From NCBI RefSeq assembly GCF_025526975.1, contig NW_026515673.1:558001-622000 (forward strand): a DNA stretch of 64,000 bases, read 5' to 3'. This document shows, piece after piece, positions 49,801-61,177 of this stretch. The translations under genes were made by a program, and so were the position numbers. Every line of letters begins with the position of its first letter. Position 1 is the stretch's first letter. This stretch comes from Fimicolochytrium jonesii. Its lineage: Eukaryota. A model generated the notes under the pieces. The model saw only the letters and a program-made list of their open reading frames with translations. It was not told the origin of the DNA and searched no databases.

Positions 49801-50122
49801 CCCGCCCACGCAAAGCCTGAATCCGGTGCTCCTGCTGCCCCCGCAGCGACCCGTTCGACCCCACCGGTTGGTTCTGTCGTGCTGGCGGTCCAGAGGCCAG
49901 CCGCTTTGCAAGATCATGCACAAAGATGGGCGTGCCCCGCCTAGCCAGCGAGGCCACTTGAAATGCGGTTTCGCCTTCGAGTTGTCTGAGGTCCTTTGGA
50001 ATGGGTCTGACTTCATCCATCAATATCGGTTTCGGCTTTGCGCTGGTGTTTGTGTTGCGAATGGGTGCGATACGGATGGGTGCTGCGCTCAGTTTTGGGG
50101 GTGGTCCGTTGTTGGGGTCCAT
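46865..50122 (-). CDS. XRCC2: XRCC2-like RAD51 paralog with ~730-aa Q/P-rich N-terminal extension (1085 aa, single ORF)
   Basis: Walker A GPSGCGKTEM...ILP, VLLLDCDLKF and Walker B IIIDGLTSYYWINR resemble XRCC2 (GTGKTEM...ILP, DSLSAFYWIDR). Confidence 0.8.
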   Translation of the reverse strand: MDPNNGPPPKLSAAPIRIAPIRNTNTSAKPKPILMDEVRPIPKDLRQLEGETAFQVASLARRGTPIFVHDLAKRLASGPPARQNQPVGSNGSLRGQQEHRIQALRGRVLRPGRKASSDGGPPPQQQQRQGPPSQEGSVPERLQRCSAYPAIWPQGQQQNRPAVRTDVVTGQQQRSSTPNYSSVGEPQQQRHQGPQGQPRAANVAHVQEHRMPVSTHWVGGQQQQQQQRGQPSVNVMQRQVQRASTPSQFVGGQQQHASPRPVNPVLEHEEQRAPPRANVTPGNPQERAPQANVGQGHQQQRPPTSSDFSNLHQQQQHQQQQCQREQQHHHHQQLQTTMSLLHGQQPHRRPPTLMESLSGMQQQPRTPRTSDALSFQQQGQDQPQQQRHNQQQHHQQQRSSPTPTNSFQGQQQQQHTPATETNLAHREQKRQRTITPTNTLLGDEQQPQFAMPSEISPFDQQRPPVLYPFSGGQQQQQPAPPAKSSFGEQPQFAMPPTPSLQRLRLPTPTKSYFALQQQRAATPTNLVGENKPAQVETPPNTSFMQQQGTPTAPSHGQHQQQQLSTPADSQGPQQPQFLIPGVQSQHGPLTPIKSEIGQYPRFVIPTNYSHSQSSTTSTSQSVLHSRFVIHANPSPDQQQPPTPTNSQHPKFAIPAQSPSAQHPSTTPTNSARPQFIIPSNPPIEQHAQPPSPAVSTRGQHPVFRIPSNSAPDQQNQQLPTALTTTPPRPRRRPIVPKHPVHAQAKRKPIPLSELVGKRPIPVLAKLSRLQRAFVFGPGGCGHVPPVPGDMGVKRMMAVQLPIVRRGELVDLWGPSGCGKTEMIMQMITMTILPESFTLLPSTSGGDSTPLHLHGSATPVLLLDCDLKFSLTKLRNTMLAHITHCLTTLTPALTSLPASTTDIIITSALHRLHIMRPTTNLQFLAALIAARRSFVRACGTPGPLIIIDGLTSYYWINRLDDMGELKAEVTGIPMEDEAEGHLRPAKSFMKSSIHWAVIRAVRRLRDLEHCGVVVSRGVLWPAGRKAGGRWGSNGSNNQKWNGNAPRKGGNAWTPKYADGPWKAVVNRFIVLRRKRASGEVVWYERE

Positions 50123-50705
50123 CTTGGGAAGGACCTTTTCGTTTGGGAACTCACAGGCTCGTAGAGCGTTTGAAGGAAAGGCGTAGAGTGGCCATCATAA
50201 CCAGAAGGCTTGCAACGTCCTGGGAATGTGGTGTCTGCTATCTATCAAGATGCCTTCCCCGACTTCAAAGACTCCGACGAAAAGCAGAAGCCACAAGTGT
50301 GTCCGGATGGCGCTGACTCACGCGCTTTTTGCACATTCGCTTCCTTCCTCGCTTCTTCCAGATGTATAGTAGATATGGCCCGCCCCTCTTCTTTTTCGTA
50401 CAGACGGATCGCACAATTAGTGCTTTTGCCTCCCCATGTGTACGATCTCGGCCCACGTTCGCAAACACATCGCCCTGAACCAAAGACGAGGCCCGCCACT
50501 GGCCCGACCCTTTATATCACTGTAAGCACACCACCCAAATGTTCGTTCGCTTCGTACCACCTTCCCATACTCCCAGCATCACCTCAAAGGCCGCTCAAAA
50601 GCTGCCAAATCCCACTCAGAAACTTTCTTTCAAAACCATATACCCCGACCCTCCGGCGCAATATCTCCTCCCCCTGCCATTACCGCCCAAAGACTCCCAG
50701 ACGAC

Positions 50706-52641
50706 TCATTTCCCCCCAAGCATAGCCGCCTTCTCCCGCACCACAACTTCCAGCGCGGCGATCCGGTCCCGCAGCTGAGTAACAAAACCTTCCCCGATCG
50801 AATGACCCTCCGTGCTTCCAAAAGGAGTTATTTTGCCGGTGAGAGAGCCGCTGCTTTCCATTTCATCGGCCAATGCTTCTGCAGGTGCATGGTGATCGTT
50901 GATCTTTTTCCCCTCGTCACGTCCGAGACGAAGGCGACGGGCGAGTTCTCGGTTGTCGGCCTCTGTGGGACTCGGATGCTCCCTCATCCAGCGATAGGGA
51001 CAGTCATCGCTGTTGGTATCGGCTGCATCTTCGACTTTTATGGAGGAGCTCCGATCGCCGAGCGGGTCGCCGCGGCTGTAGGCGTCCACTTCATCCCCAC
51101 CCTCGCCATCGTCCCTGCCACCATCCAAGAGACGGCGGAGGGCGCGCTTCTGGCTCTCAGTCAACACCTGCACAACACAAAGAGGTGAACATTTGAGGAC
51201 CCTTGGTATGTGCCACAATGTAGAGACACGTAATTTGTTTAATGCTCACCCCTTCAACGATATCCACATCTGCTTTGATGGAATGCAGGACCGACTCAAT
51301 TTCGACGACGGTGGTGGCTAACTCTGCATAGCGTGCTGTGACCTCTTCTAGTTCCTTGCCGAGTGCCTTTCTGTAAAGGGATACGAGCATTCATTGCAAT
51401 GAGCAGGTCTGATTCAACAGCTTGGACTGCCGTAGCGCAAGGGATTGGGACGTACCCTTTCTCGAATTCCTCACTCCAAGCGTTCAATACCTTTTCCTGA
51501 TGCGTGGCATGGTCCTCTTCCATCTGCTTCACTTTTTCCTTTTCGAGACGCAGCTGGTTTACTGCAATCCCATATACGTTGTCAGACGCTGGCATACTTG
51601 AGACCACGTCCAAAAAATACTGTCAGGACTGTCTCACCTAGATCCCTAATCTTCTGATCGCGCTCCGAAACCTCCTTCTGCAAATCCACCGCCTTCTGGG
51701 CAAGAACCTCGCACGTCTTACTCAGTTCCGCGGCTTTATCTTCTCGCTTTGCACTGCTTCCCAACGGAGACGGAGAGTGGACCTCGCTTTTGTGGTGCGC
51801 GGACTGCGGGCTTTGAATGTGTGCCCTCATTTCTGACACACTGCCAAATTGTCTGAGGATGAAGGTCCCGATGAGAATCGCGTCATCACACTATGAACCG
51901 TCAGCTCCAGCAGTACTCACCTCGCACCCCCTCCAGCCGGCTGCGGCAACCTACTCATCGTCGGCGACCCACCCACACCCGGAGACAGCGTCACCCCAGG
52001 CTTCGGCTTACTAAAATCCTTCCTATTCACATGAAAATCGGCATCCCACGCCGGTCGGTCCTCCAACAGGCTATTGACATCTTTCCTGTTCAAGCGGCTT
52101 TCTTCGGCGGGCTGAAAGTTCTCGATAGAAATCGGGGCGCGGAGGGGCGGTTGGCGGAGACGGGTTGGTGTGATTTTGGAGAAGACTTGTTTGAGGAGGA
52201 GATTTTCACGCGTGAATAGAAGCGGATGATATACCAGCCGCCAATCTATGATGTCCACATACCATTCTCCACCTTCGAAGGCGTCAACACCCTCGACTTC
52301 AACGCTCCATCCAGCAACCCTTTAGTTTCCTCCGCGATTTCATGAACCCCACGTACCCTCCCTTCCTCGCCATTCCCCTCCGAGTTGAGTCCCGATACAA
52401 AAGAGGGTTCAGCCGCCGGTGATGCGTCGCCATTGCCCTGCGAGCGCAACCCGGGTATAAAGGCAGGTTCGGCGGCGGGCGAGGCGCGAGGACGCGGGAG
52501 CTGGAGAGATGGGAGGAGCGAGGTGGGGAGCGGCGCGTGCGGGAGTGGAGGTGAGGGTGGAGAGGATGGGGCGAAGAGCGTTTGGTTGGACGTGGGAGAT
52601 AGGGCGTCTGGGCGTGCGCCTGACCATTGAGGGAGTGGCAT
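50706..52641 (-). CDS. Hypothetical coiled-coil protein, multi-exon
   Basis: Successive minus-strand ORF pieces joined by GT-AG introns, with heptad-like segments. An apparent 1-bp frameshift falls in an A6 run at 51612-51617. Confidence 0.55.
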
Positions 52642-53480
52642 GGTGAGTGTTGTGCTTCCGTTGGACTGAGTAGGTGGTGCCGAGCTCCAACTCTCTGCAC
52701 TTGACGCGAATTAACGAAAGAAAGGTAACGCCGGAGCAAGATCTTGACGCGAGGCACAGACTAGCGCAAGGTTGAGCGAGCACTGCGCGCCTAAAGGGAG
52801 GCGAGGATAATGGTGTCACCCGCAGCTGATACCCCTTGAGCCGACAGTTACGATAAGAGGTTGTTGATATTCGAGAAGAATGTGGAGAATGTGGAGATGT
52901 GGAAGACGACGTGCGGAAGTGTGACTGTTTCCCGTCTGAAAGCCACGCGGCCATGTCCGAAAACGCGTCCGCCTCCGCGCAGGCGATCGAAGCGCAACCT
53001 GCGAGTCCAAAGACTCTTTCGCGAAGCGACAAGGCTGAGCAGTGAGCACAGCGAAGCGACTTGCGCCGGAGGCGCAATACCCCTAGGCCTAACTCGCGCG
53101 GGTTTTGGTTTGCTCCGGGAGACCGAGCGTCGAAAAAGAAGCGGGTGGATCCCAGGATCACAAGTTAAATGTGACGTGAATATCAACGGCGCATCAACGG
53201 CGCCACAAAGCTCTACCCCCTTACTCATTTCATCAAACCAAGCCGGCTGGTAGATTTCGTAGGTGTAAGTACAGTTACATATGGGAATTGAGACCCATAA
53301 TGTACTCTTCGGCGCTCCACCGGCTTCGCTAGTAATATGGAAATGATCGTGGTGTGCGGAGTTGCAGATTCAAAACAGATTTACAGTTGGGGATTTCTGA
53401 GGTTTCATCGTACAGGGCAGATACGACCGGCGTACGATGACAGGCAGCCCAACTTCCGATCTCGTGCTGCAGATGGGTTC

Positions 53481-54794
53481 CTATGTTGTTTCCATCTTTA
53501 TCGGCCTCTCAACCCGCCTTCTCAATTTCACTACCAACAAGATGACAGCAAAAGCCATCCTAACCCGCCTCTTTGCCCGTTCCCTCCGCGCCCAAAACGT
53601 TTTAACAACGTAAGGTCCAATATGCTCCTCTGGCTCCCATGTGTTCCGGTCATGCCCGTACCCATCCCACTTGATCAGATACTCCTTCTCAACCTTCGAA
53701 CCGGCGAGGTCTCCAGGGTGCAGCGGCTCGTCATTCACATCATCTGATGCCTGCCGCACGGCGAGGATACGTTCAACGACCCAGAGATCCTCATCCACTG
53801 CTTTCTTCTTCAGTTTCTTGTGTTTGGCCCGTCCTTTCTGCTCCTGTTGCCCTAGCCGTTTTGACACATAGGCGTATTCTTGGTTATGAAGGTACGGTGG
53901 TTCGATGGTAGCCATTTTTGCTAGTTTCGCGGCTTTCTGCTGCTGTTTTTGTTTCATTGAAGGGGTAATACTCAAATCAAGACCTCTCGCTGCAAGACCG
54001 GAAAAAAGCTTTGTATGTACCTTTGCATAGTTGTCGGCCGCTTGCGAGTTGCTAGAGGATGCCTTATTTGCAGTTGCCCCGCTCACAGCGGTGGGCGGAA
54101 CAGATAACATATTATCGTTCCTGACATCTATCGACGTAAGACTTGCCGGGCGAGCCCGCTTGAAAGTAGGCTCACTCGGCTCCGTGGCCTGAAGCGGCCG
54201 CCCAGGGCCCGTCACGTTCTTATTATTGCGAATGCCCGGTTGTGGAAGTGCTGCTACACCCTGTTGTCTCTGCGACGTCTTCGTAGGCAAGGGCTTTCGT
54301 TTCGGGACTGCGTTCACGGGGTCGCTCGATGGCGCCGTCGTGCTCACATTTGTGACATTGCGTCGGTCTGCAAGGAACTCCGATAATGTCCTCTTGATCC
54401 CTCCTTCCGGCGCCTTGCCGAGTGACGTCTGCGAGGCATGATCAACTCCACTGTCTGATGCTACAACTCCCACCATTGGTGGGGAATTCCGTGTTTCAGT
54501 CTGCAAAGTCGGTGTTTGAGTCTGCGAAGCCTGCCCAACTCCCACGACTCCTGCTCCTGGCCCCACCGCTGGGGCTGACGGTATTTGAGTCTGCAAGACC
54601 GGCCCATCCCCAACGTCTGACTCTACAATTCCCATTGGGAAGGCTGCCCCTGCTGCAGGGACCATCTGGCCCACCCGTTGGGGAGCGGGCGGTGGCAGAT
54701 CGGTTGCCCATATTCGGGATATCTGCTCCATAGCCGTTCCGGGCGGGACCGCTGTGAGTTGCCCGTGGCCTGGTAGGTCGATGCGCATATACAT
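53481..54794 (-). CDS. Chromodomain protein (low-complexity N-terminus, C-terminal chromodomain)
   Basis: WVVERILAVR...EYLIKWDGYGHDRNTWEPEEHI. Confidence 0.8.
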   Translation of the reverse strand: MYMRIDLPGHGQLTAVPPGTAMEQISRIWATDLPPPAPQRVGQMVPAAGAAFPMGIVESDVGDGPVLQTQIPSAPAVGPGAGVVGVGQASQTQTPTLQTETRNSPPMVGVVASDSGVDHASQTSLGKAPEGGIKRTLSEFLADRRNVTNVSTTAPSSDPVNAVPKRKPLPTKTSQRQQGVAALPQPGIRNNKNVTGPGRPLQATEPSEPTFKRARPASLTSIDVRNDNMLSVPPTAVSGATANKASSSNSQAADNYAKVHTKLFSGLAARGLDLSITPSMKQKQQQKAAKLAKMATIEPPYLHNQEYAYVSKRLGQQEQKGRAKHKKLKKKAVDEDLWVVERILAVRQASDDVNDEPLHPGDLAGSKVEKEYLIKWDGYGHDRNTWEPEEHIGPYVVKTFWARRERAKRRVRMAFAVILLVVKLRRRVERPIKMETT

Positions 54795-55046
54795 TTTAGC
54801 AGTGTTGGAGGCCTCTTTTGGCTTGGTTTAGCTCTGCCGAATATGGTAAAGTAGAGTGTGGTCAACGTCACCGAGAGCTCCCTTCTTTCTCTGCACTCCG
54901 GGTGGGCCGCGGCTCGACTGTCGGTGTAGATCCTAGAACTTAGACGACAAAGCAAACCCTCAAGTAAGATTGGCAAGCGAGATGTGAATTGGCAGGGGAA
55001 GGAAGGGAAAGTATCGACAAATTCGCGAAAAAAAGTCAAAAGAAAA

Positions 55047-55120
55047 TGCTCCGCACAGGGGTCGAACCTGTGACCTTGGCGTTATTAGCACCACGCTCTG
55101 ACCAACTGAGCTAGCGGAGC
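55047..55120 (-). tRNA. tRNA-Ile (AAT)
   Basis: 74-nt cloverleaf with anticodon loop CTAATAA and GTTCGA T-loop, followed by T-runs. Confidence 0.97.
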
Positions 55121-56508
55121 TTCGATGTTTTGGTACCTTTACTGTGTGGTATGTGCTTTTTACCACTCGAATGACAGGCTCGTATGTTCTCCGATATCCT
55201 CCGATTCAATTGATGTTATGTTTCAGAAGCAGGAGTGTGCTGCACTTACAGTAAATACCGAGGCCACGGCATCATAACCGATGCCGCCGCGCCCGTGCCA
55301 CATTAACCGGGTGAAGCCCTTCTCTTTTCGAATTGGAATGTTAGTTAATTGATGCCATCCGGTCACTATCATGCGGATGCCTGGAGATTGTCTACTGGCG
55401 TGAGGTGGGAACATTCCACACACCTGCGTTCTCCCGCAATCCAATACCCCTCAGGGGTGACTGCAACGACCGCAAGCCGGTTTTGTCTCGGTGGATGCCA
55501 TGCTGGCAGATACCCATCGCAAGAATCCCATCACAGGGAAACGCGAGGGCACCGTCGCTCGTTTGCTCGTTTCACGTTCTACGGTGGGCGCTGTTCCCGA
55601 AACGAAGCTCTTTCCCTAGCTACATAGTTGTCAAGTTCCAAACGGATATCGAAGAATCGCTCCGGTATCGCCTTTGCTATTGATTCCACCTCTCGACGAT
55701 GCACACACGTCCCACGGTGACGACTATCACACGAGACCGTGAAAGACCGGATCTGAATGGACAACGCGTGGTCCCTTTCGACCCGCCATGTCCGGATGCT
55801 TATGATTAGATGGTAGAGGAGTGAGGTACTTGGGTGGGCAGCCTTCCACCCCACAATTTCAATCCAGCACTTCCCTTTTTGCTCCGTGCGGCATCCTCAA
55901 AGGGTGTACGCACTTCACCGCGCCGAACCCAGGCCGAACCCACTCCACAACTCCACGCGCACAACGCCCTAATCCATCAGAAGGAATATGCACGTATATA
56001 CATTCCGAGATTCGACCGATTACTTGCATGTAGCTTGTACCGTACCAGAAACCTATATCCAGTCTACAGACAAGGTAGGCATCCATATTTCATACAGCTC
56101 CGTAGCGGCTCGCTACGCCTGCAACTCCTTGGACCTCCCGAGCTTCAAGTTGGGTATAGCTTCGACTTTGGGCTCCATGAGGTCGCGTTCGTGAAAGGGA
56201 GACGCAAATGTGAGACCCTCAAACGAGGCGCCTTTGCCAGACACTTGTGTGTCTCGAACCTCGACTGGAGGTGCGCCCGTTGATGCGAATTTACTGGTCG
56301 TCGCCGTAAGCAGATGGACCGTGGGAGACCGGCTCGCAATTGGGAGAGGGCAGATGACACTATACCGAGCGCGAAGTGCAAGTCAGTTGAGGACGGATGA
56401 GAAGGAAACCACGAAGCGCTGACAGCGAGCGTGGAGTGATTCAAAGGTTACAAGGGCCAGGCGCTCTGCGCTGCTTCTGAAATCATAAAATAGCGCCCAA
56501 ATATCGAA

Positions 56509-56582
56509 GCTCCGCTAGCTCAGTTGGTCAGAGCGTGGTGCTAATAACGCCAAGGTCACAGGTTCGACCCCTGTGCGGAGCA
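56509..56582 (+). tRNA. tRNA-Ile (AAT)
   Basis: Identical 74-nt sequence GCTCCGCTAGCTCAGTTGG...GTGCGGAGCA. Confidence 0.97.
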
Positions 56583-56855
56583 GTTTCATTTGTCTTTTTG
56601 ACCTTTCGGTCTGGTCTGGTCTATCCCGTTGTCCTTTGGCGTCGTCGTTCTTTTGGGGGGATTCCCTCGAAGTCTTCCGTACTGAAAACTTCATGATTAC
56701 CGGGCGGGTTTCCCGGATCCAAGTGGGGCAGGAAAGAGATGTGGAGACAATCCCGCCAAACACTGTGCCATATATATTGTGAATGCTTCCGACAAATAAA
56801 AACTTTCGCTAAGATATGTACAAAGAAAAGAAAAGATCCGACCGCTCGACGCCAA

Positions 56856-58169
56856 CTACCAGATCCTATCTGGTCCCGATCCCGCCGACGTGGTCTTTCG
56901 CCACTCATGCCCAGGTGCAGGCGGCCTCAATGCAGGAAGCGTTAATGCGTCCTTCCTCGTTTCCTCGCGACCAGTGTGACGGAACGGATCCGACTCGAAG
57001 GGCGGGGATGCATAAGGGGCGTTGGTGGGAGCAAACGAAGCCAGGACGGATGGTGGGGGTAGATTCACGGGGCTGGACCCGGACAACGATCTCGGTAATG
57101 GAGACGTTAGGATCGGGGCCGCCGTGCTGCCGTTGCTATCCCGACGACGCGGGCTAGCAGAGCGCCGACGTTCCGAGGAACTGAACTGCCTTGGTAGGTC
57201 GAAGGGCCGCGATGGACGCTCTTCGGGTTCCTGCCTTGGGGGTTGTTTCGATTGCTGGTGCTCGTGTTGCTGCCGCAGCAGGTAGTCGACGTCACGTTGT
57301 AGGCGTTCGTTGGTGTAGGTTACGCCGCGTAGCTCGCCGACCAGCTGGTTCACAGTGTCTTGCAACATCGCCATCTGCCTGAGGATATCAGCATTTGCGT
57401 CTTGTGCGGCCGGAGCCGGACGATGGCTCTGTTGCGGATGAGCGAACTGCGAGTTGTGGACGGGTAGGTGGGGTGACCGTGTCGCGGATGAGCCGGAGGA
57501 AGTTGCTGACGAATACATGCGGTTGGCGGAGGGAAGCAGGAGATCATCGAAAGACCTCTTTGACGACGATGCTGACAGCGGAGGAACGGGGGACGATCGC
57601 ACGGGAAGTCGGTCGCCTGCCGTCGCCGGTGATGATGAGGGCTGGTATCCGCGCACTCTTTGGTCGACAACGGTGGAAGGATGTTCCATGGATGGTGTGA
57701 AGCGATCGCCCTCATGGCGAGGGTGCATAGGCGGCACAGAATGCGACGACTCTCCTTGCCGATGTTGCTCCAGCTGCAACTGTTGAATCTGGTGCTGCTG
57801 CAGTGTAGTGGGCTTGCGCTTGATCTCGCTGACGAGGTCGGGACGGAATCGGATAAAGTTTGGATGGGAAAACTCCCGCGGCTCGTGCTGTTGAGGGGCG
57901 ACGAATGAGCCGTTGTGGTGGGACTCCTCGGGGAGAGTATGACGATGGTAGCTCCGATTTTTCTTGTGGAAGCCGTACAAGTTCAGCTGCCGAACGAAAC
58001 TGGTGTAGTTATTGTGCTTGAAGACACGAGGAAGCACTGTTGCCGAGAAGCCAGAGGCGTCGAGGACGAGGAAAGAGGTGCCGGACGGCGACCAGCGAAT
58101 AAGGTGCTGGTACTCCTTTTCCTCCAGGATCCGGTGAAGCTTCTGTATGAAGGTTGTCTTTTGCACCAT
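56856..58169 (-). CDS. HSF-type DNA-binding transcription factor
   Basis: FIQKLHRIL...IRWS..GTSF...VLPRVFKHNNYTSFVRQLNLYGFHK, EFSHPNF, and a downstream coiled coil. Confidence 0.92.
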   Translation of the reverse strand: MVQKTTFIQKLHRILEEKEYQHLIRWSPSGTSFLVLDASGFSATVLPRVFKHNNYTSFVRQLNLYGFHKKNRSYHRHTLPEESHHNGSFVAPQQHEPREFSHPNFIRFRPDLVSEIKRKPTTLQQHQIQQLQLEQHRQGESSHSVPPMHPRHEGDRFTPSMEHPSTVVDQRVRGYQPSSSPATAGDRLPVRSSPVPPLSASSSKRSFDDLLLPSANRMYSSATSSGSSATRSPHLPVHNSQFAHPQQSHRPAPAAQDANADILRQMAMLQDTVNQLVGELRGVTYTNERLQRDVDYLLRQQHEHQQSKQPPRQEPEERPSRPFDLPRQFSSSERRRSASPRRRDSNGSTAAPILTSPLPRSLSGSSPVNLPPPSVLASFAPTNAPYASPPFESDPFRHTGREETRKDALTLPALRPPAPGHEWRKTTSAGSGPDRIW

Positions 58170-60436
58170 TCTGCTGTTGGGGGCTACCGAATGCGGTGGG
58201 TGTCGGGTTAGTTTTAGAGTGTCAGGAATATAAGCTTTTTAGCGTAAGCCTTCGTGCGCGCAGGCGAGGGGGTCTGCTTCCGTTCCTTTTATATCTAGGA
58301 GTTTGGGTTTGCGGGCGCAGGGAAGCTGAAGGGACGGGGACGGAAGGTTCGAGACGGGCGTTAATTGAGGCTCGCTCAACCTTATCGCTCCGGAGTGCTT
58401 CTCAACGAATTTTCTTTCCACGCCTGTGATGACTGAGGAAAGTCGCATCATGCTTGAACCCTATTCCGCGTGTAAAAGCCAAAGTTGAGTCCTTAAGTTA
58501 GTAAGTTAAGCCCCTATTCCCCTTGAAAGTTCTATCTCTCATTCTGCCAGCCAATCACGTAGGGGTATTGCCAGCGGCTTATTATGCGTACACTTCTTCC
58601 ACCGTTTCAGCTCCTTCGGAGTCCGGTGTACCACGATAACAAACTCACAAGGTTCATTGGCGTGGATTGTTCTGCGTCCCAGCCCTTAGCGAACGCCGAA
58701 GGATCCCAATTTGAGCACGTCATGGTTGTACTGATCACCTGTCCTAAAATTTGCGTGCTGGTTTACGTATCACCCTGCCAAGGCGCAATGCAAAAGGCCG
58801 CTGCACAAAGAGAATAGTTCCAGAACCGCTCCACACCACAATCATGGTTTCCTGATTGCTTGCGGGCAGAACATTTTGGATCGGAAATCGAAACCTCGCT
58901 GCCTCGGCTCATCTCGCTTCCTTATTTAATAAATACCACAGCCGCGGACCCGGATAATGGTAGTGCGTGTTGTTCCATCCTCGTGATTCAGAACAAAAGC
59001 TCGGACCCGATCAAGGTGCCTAAAATGATAAAACCTTGGCGGCGGACCTTCCATTCGCAATTTCACAAATGCGGCGCTTTGACGGTTTGACCCAACTTTG
59101 TTTTCATTTTCCAAAGCGAACGCACACCAAATGTCACTCAACCGATGTACTGTACTGTACTGCACTGTAATTTCACCTACGTAGTACCATGATGTCTTTG
59201 GGGCGCAGCCTATCCAGGGCCCGAACCCAGCGCGATGGACCGTCGAGGTCGATTTGGCTGACATCGACGATGAACTGCCAATCCTGTGAATCGATGCACA
59301 GCTATCCACGGTGAGGCTGACGACGTACTGTTGTGATCCGGAGGCTGAGAAACACCAAGGTATCGGTGGGCTCAAAGCACCACCTGGCACCAAGAACAGG
59401 CCAAGTATCATCCAAGGACCGACAATCTCCCTCCTCCCTTGGCCAGACAGCCGATTGCCGGCCCGTTCGTGTTCGAATAAAGTGTGGCCGTTAATCTCCA
59501 AGGTCCATTTCGGGATGTTGTTTGTAGTCGCCGCACGATAACGTCGCCCTTCGTCCATGCTGCTCTGCTTCGTCAAACACTTTTCCTCGAACTGTGATTG
59601 TCGGGAGTATCAAGTCCCGGAGGTAACTCGGTAGAAACTCCAGGACCGCACGGCAGTGGTTCGAAGCTGGCCAAGGCCGATAACGCGTGGATGCATGATA
59701 TGAGCAAGATAAACCAACCCTTAACGATACCTCCCATGAAGAAGACAAGTTCGGCGAATGTTCCTGCCGCGGACCTCGGTGACGTTGTCAGGCGCCCTCC
59801 GTCCCGATTTGTACCATCTCATAAATTGCAAAGGATAAGAGGACATCATTCAAGAAGATAGCTGCCAAGAGACGGAAAATCGCGAGTATGCGCATGCTAG
59901 AATATATGTACATACAGTAGCTACCTGGCCGGAACGAAAGCCGCGCGTCGATGATCCAGTCCTGACCGATTTTCCCACGCAAATTTCCCATTCAGTACTG
60001 TACATACATGTAAAGACAGGCTTAACGACGGGCGGTCAGCGGGTCGCAAAGGGTGCGGGTCGGATAAGCCGACGCAGCTCTGCTTTTAAAACCAAGCTTG
60101 TTGTCTGCCGGCTATTGTGGTCCTGGATACACGGAATTTCGAACGTGGAACAATCTGATAGCCATGGAAAGATTTGTTGTCACGTGACGAAGGAATTATT
60201 CGATTTTTTAGAAGGCAACTCTGACCGAAATCGGCCATTGAAGACATACACTATGTGCAAGCTTTAGGCTTTTGTAGTTGCTGCCCGGGCAACTCGAAGT
60301 CAAGGTTTGAGGGCCGCATATGCTATATGTGTATTCAAGACAAACCCTAACGAAAGGCGATACTGCGCTATCAACGAGGGTGGGCTCATATCATATGAAG
60401 GAGTCCACCTATGTTACTTCCAAAAGAGCCGCTTCT

Positions 60437-61177
60437 TCACTGGGGAAGCTTGGCTTCAGCATCCGATATCTGCTTCGAGACGGCACTGACCTTCAACAGG
60501 TTGACCGAGCTTGTGGGAGGAACCCAACCTTCGTTGTAAGGCAAACGTTCGTCAACGAAGACCGCGTCCAGGTAATTTGTGGGGATTTCGAGGCCGTTTG
60601 CATAGCCAAAGTAGTTGAGGATTAGGGAAGCTTCTCCGTGCGCAAGGGTGGACTCCTTGAATCCGAACTTGTTGTCGGGGTTGGTAGCTTTGCTCTGCTT
60701 CAACCGAAGGGCGCGGATCTTGGCCATAGAGTTCACGTCGAGACGACCAGCTGCATTCTGCGTGCTGATAAACTGATCGTAAAGGGTGTGATTGAAGCTG
60801 TAGTTGTCGCCAAAGTAGGCGTCGTTCCTAGTCAGAGATGCATCGTGCTCAATTGCGCCGTGGGTGCGCAGGTCGTCGAGACCGAACGTGAATGTGAGAC
60901 CGCTCAAATGTGTTGGCACCCCGACGGCAGGCGAGCCGACGACTAGAGCGCTGGCGAGGTCAAGGCCGATGCTGATACTGGTCAACGCGGAGATGTACTG
61001 GGTGGCCTTGATGTTCTTTCCATCTCGGGGCAGGAGGCCGTGGTTGGCCATGGCGTTCAGCAGGGGACAAGGGCTGCGAACGTCGGTTGGCCCGGGCTTC
61101 TGCCATTGCGGGACGGTCGCGGCCTGCGCGGTAGTAGTGGCTGCCAGCACGAGAGCGAAGGCTATCTGGTAGAACAT
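60437..61177 (-). CDS. Secreted heme-thiolate peroxidase (chloroperoxidase / short unspecific peroxygenase family)
   Basis: Signal peptide, RSPCPLLNAMANHG (PCP thiolate motif), IEHDASLTRND and ERLP..GW; intronless. Confidence 0.93.
   Translation of the reverse strand: MFYQIAFALVLAATTTAQAATVPQWQKPGPTDVRSPCPLLNAMANHGLLPRDGKNIKATQYISALTSISIGLDLASALVVGSPAVGVPTHLSGLTFTFGLDDLRTHGAIEHDASLTRNDAYFGDNYSFNHTLYDQFISTQNAAGRLDVNSMAKIRALRLKQSKATNPDNKFGFKESTLAHGEASLILNYFGYANGLEIPTNYLDAVFVDERLPYNEGWVPPTSSVNLLKVSAVSKQISDAEAKLPQ

Noticed and set aside
55130..56500. Possible element bounded by inverted repeats
   Set aside because: The inverted repeats are the two tRNA genes; no TSD or coding signal was found between them.
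58400..60400. 216-aa ORF 58926..59576 and other short ORFs upstream of the HSF gene
   Set aside because: No recognisable motifs or canonical start; more likely regulatory or intergenic sequence.
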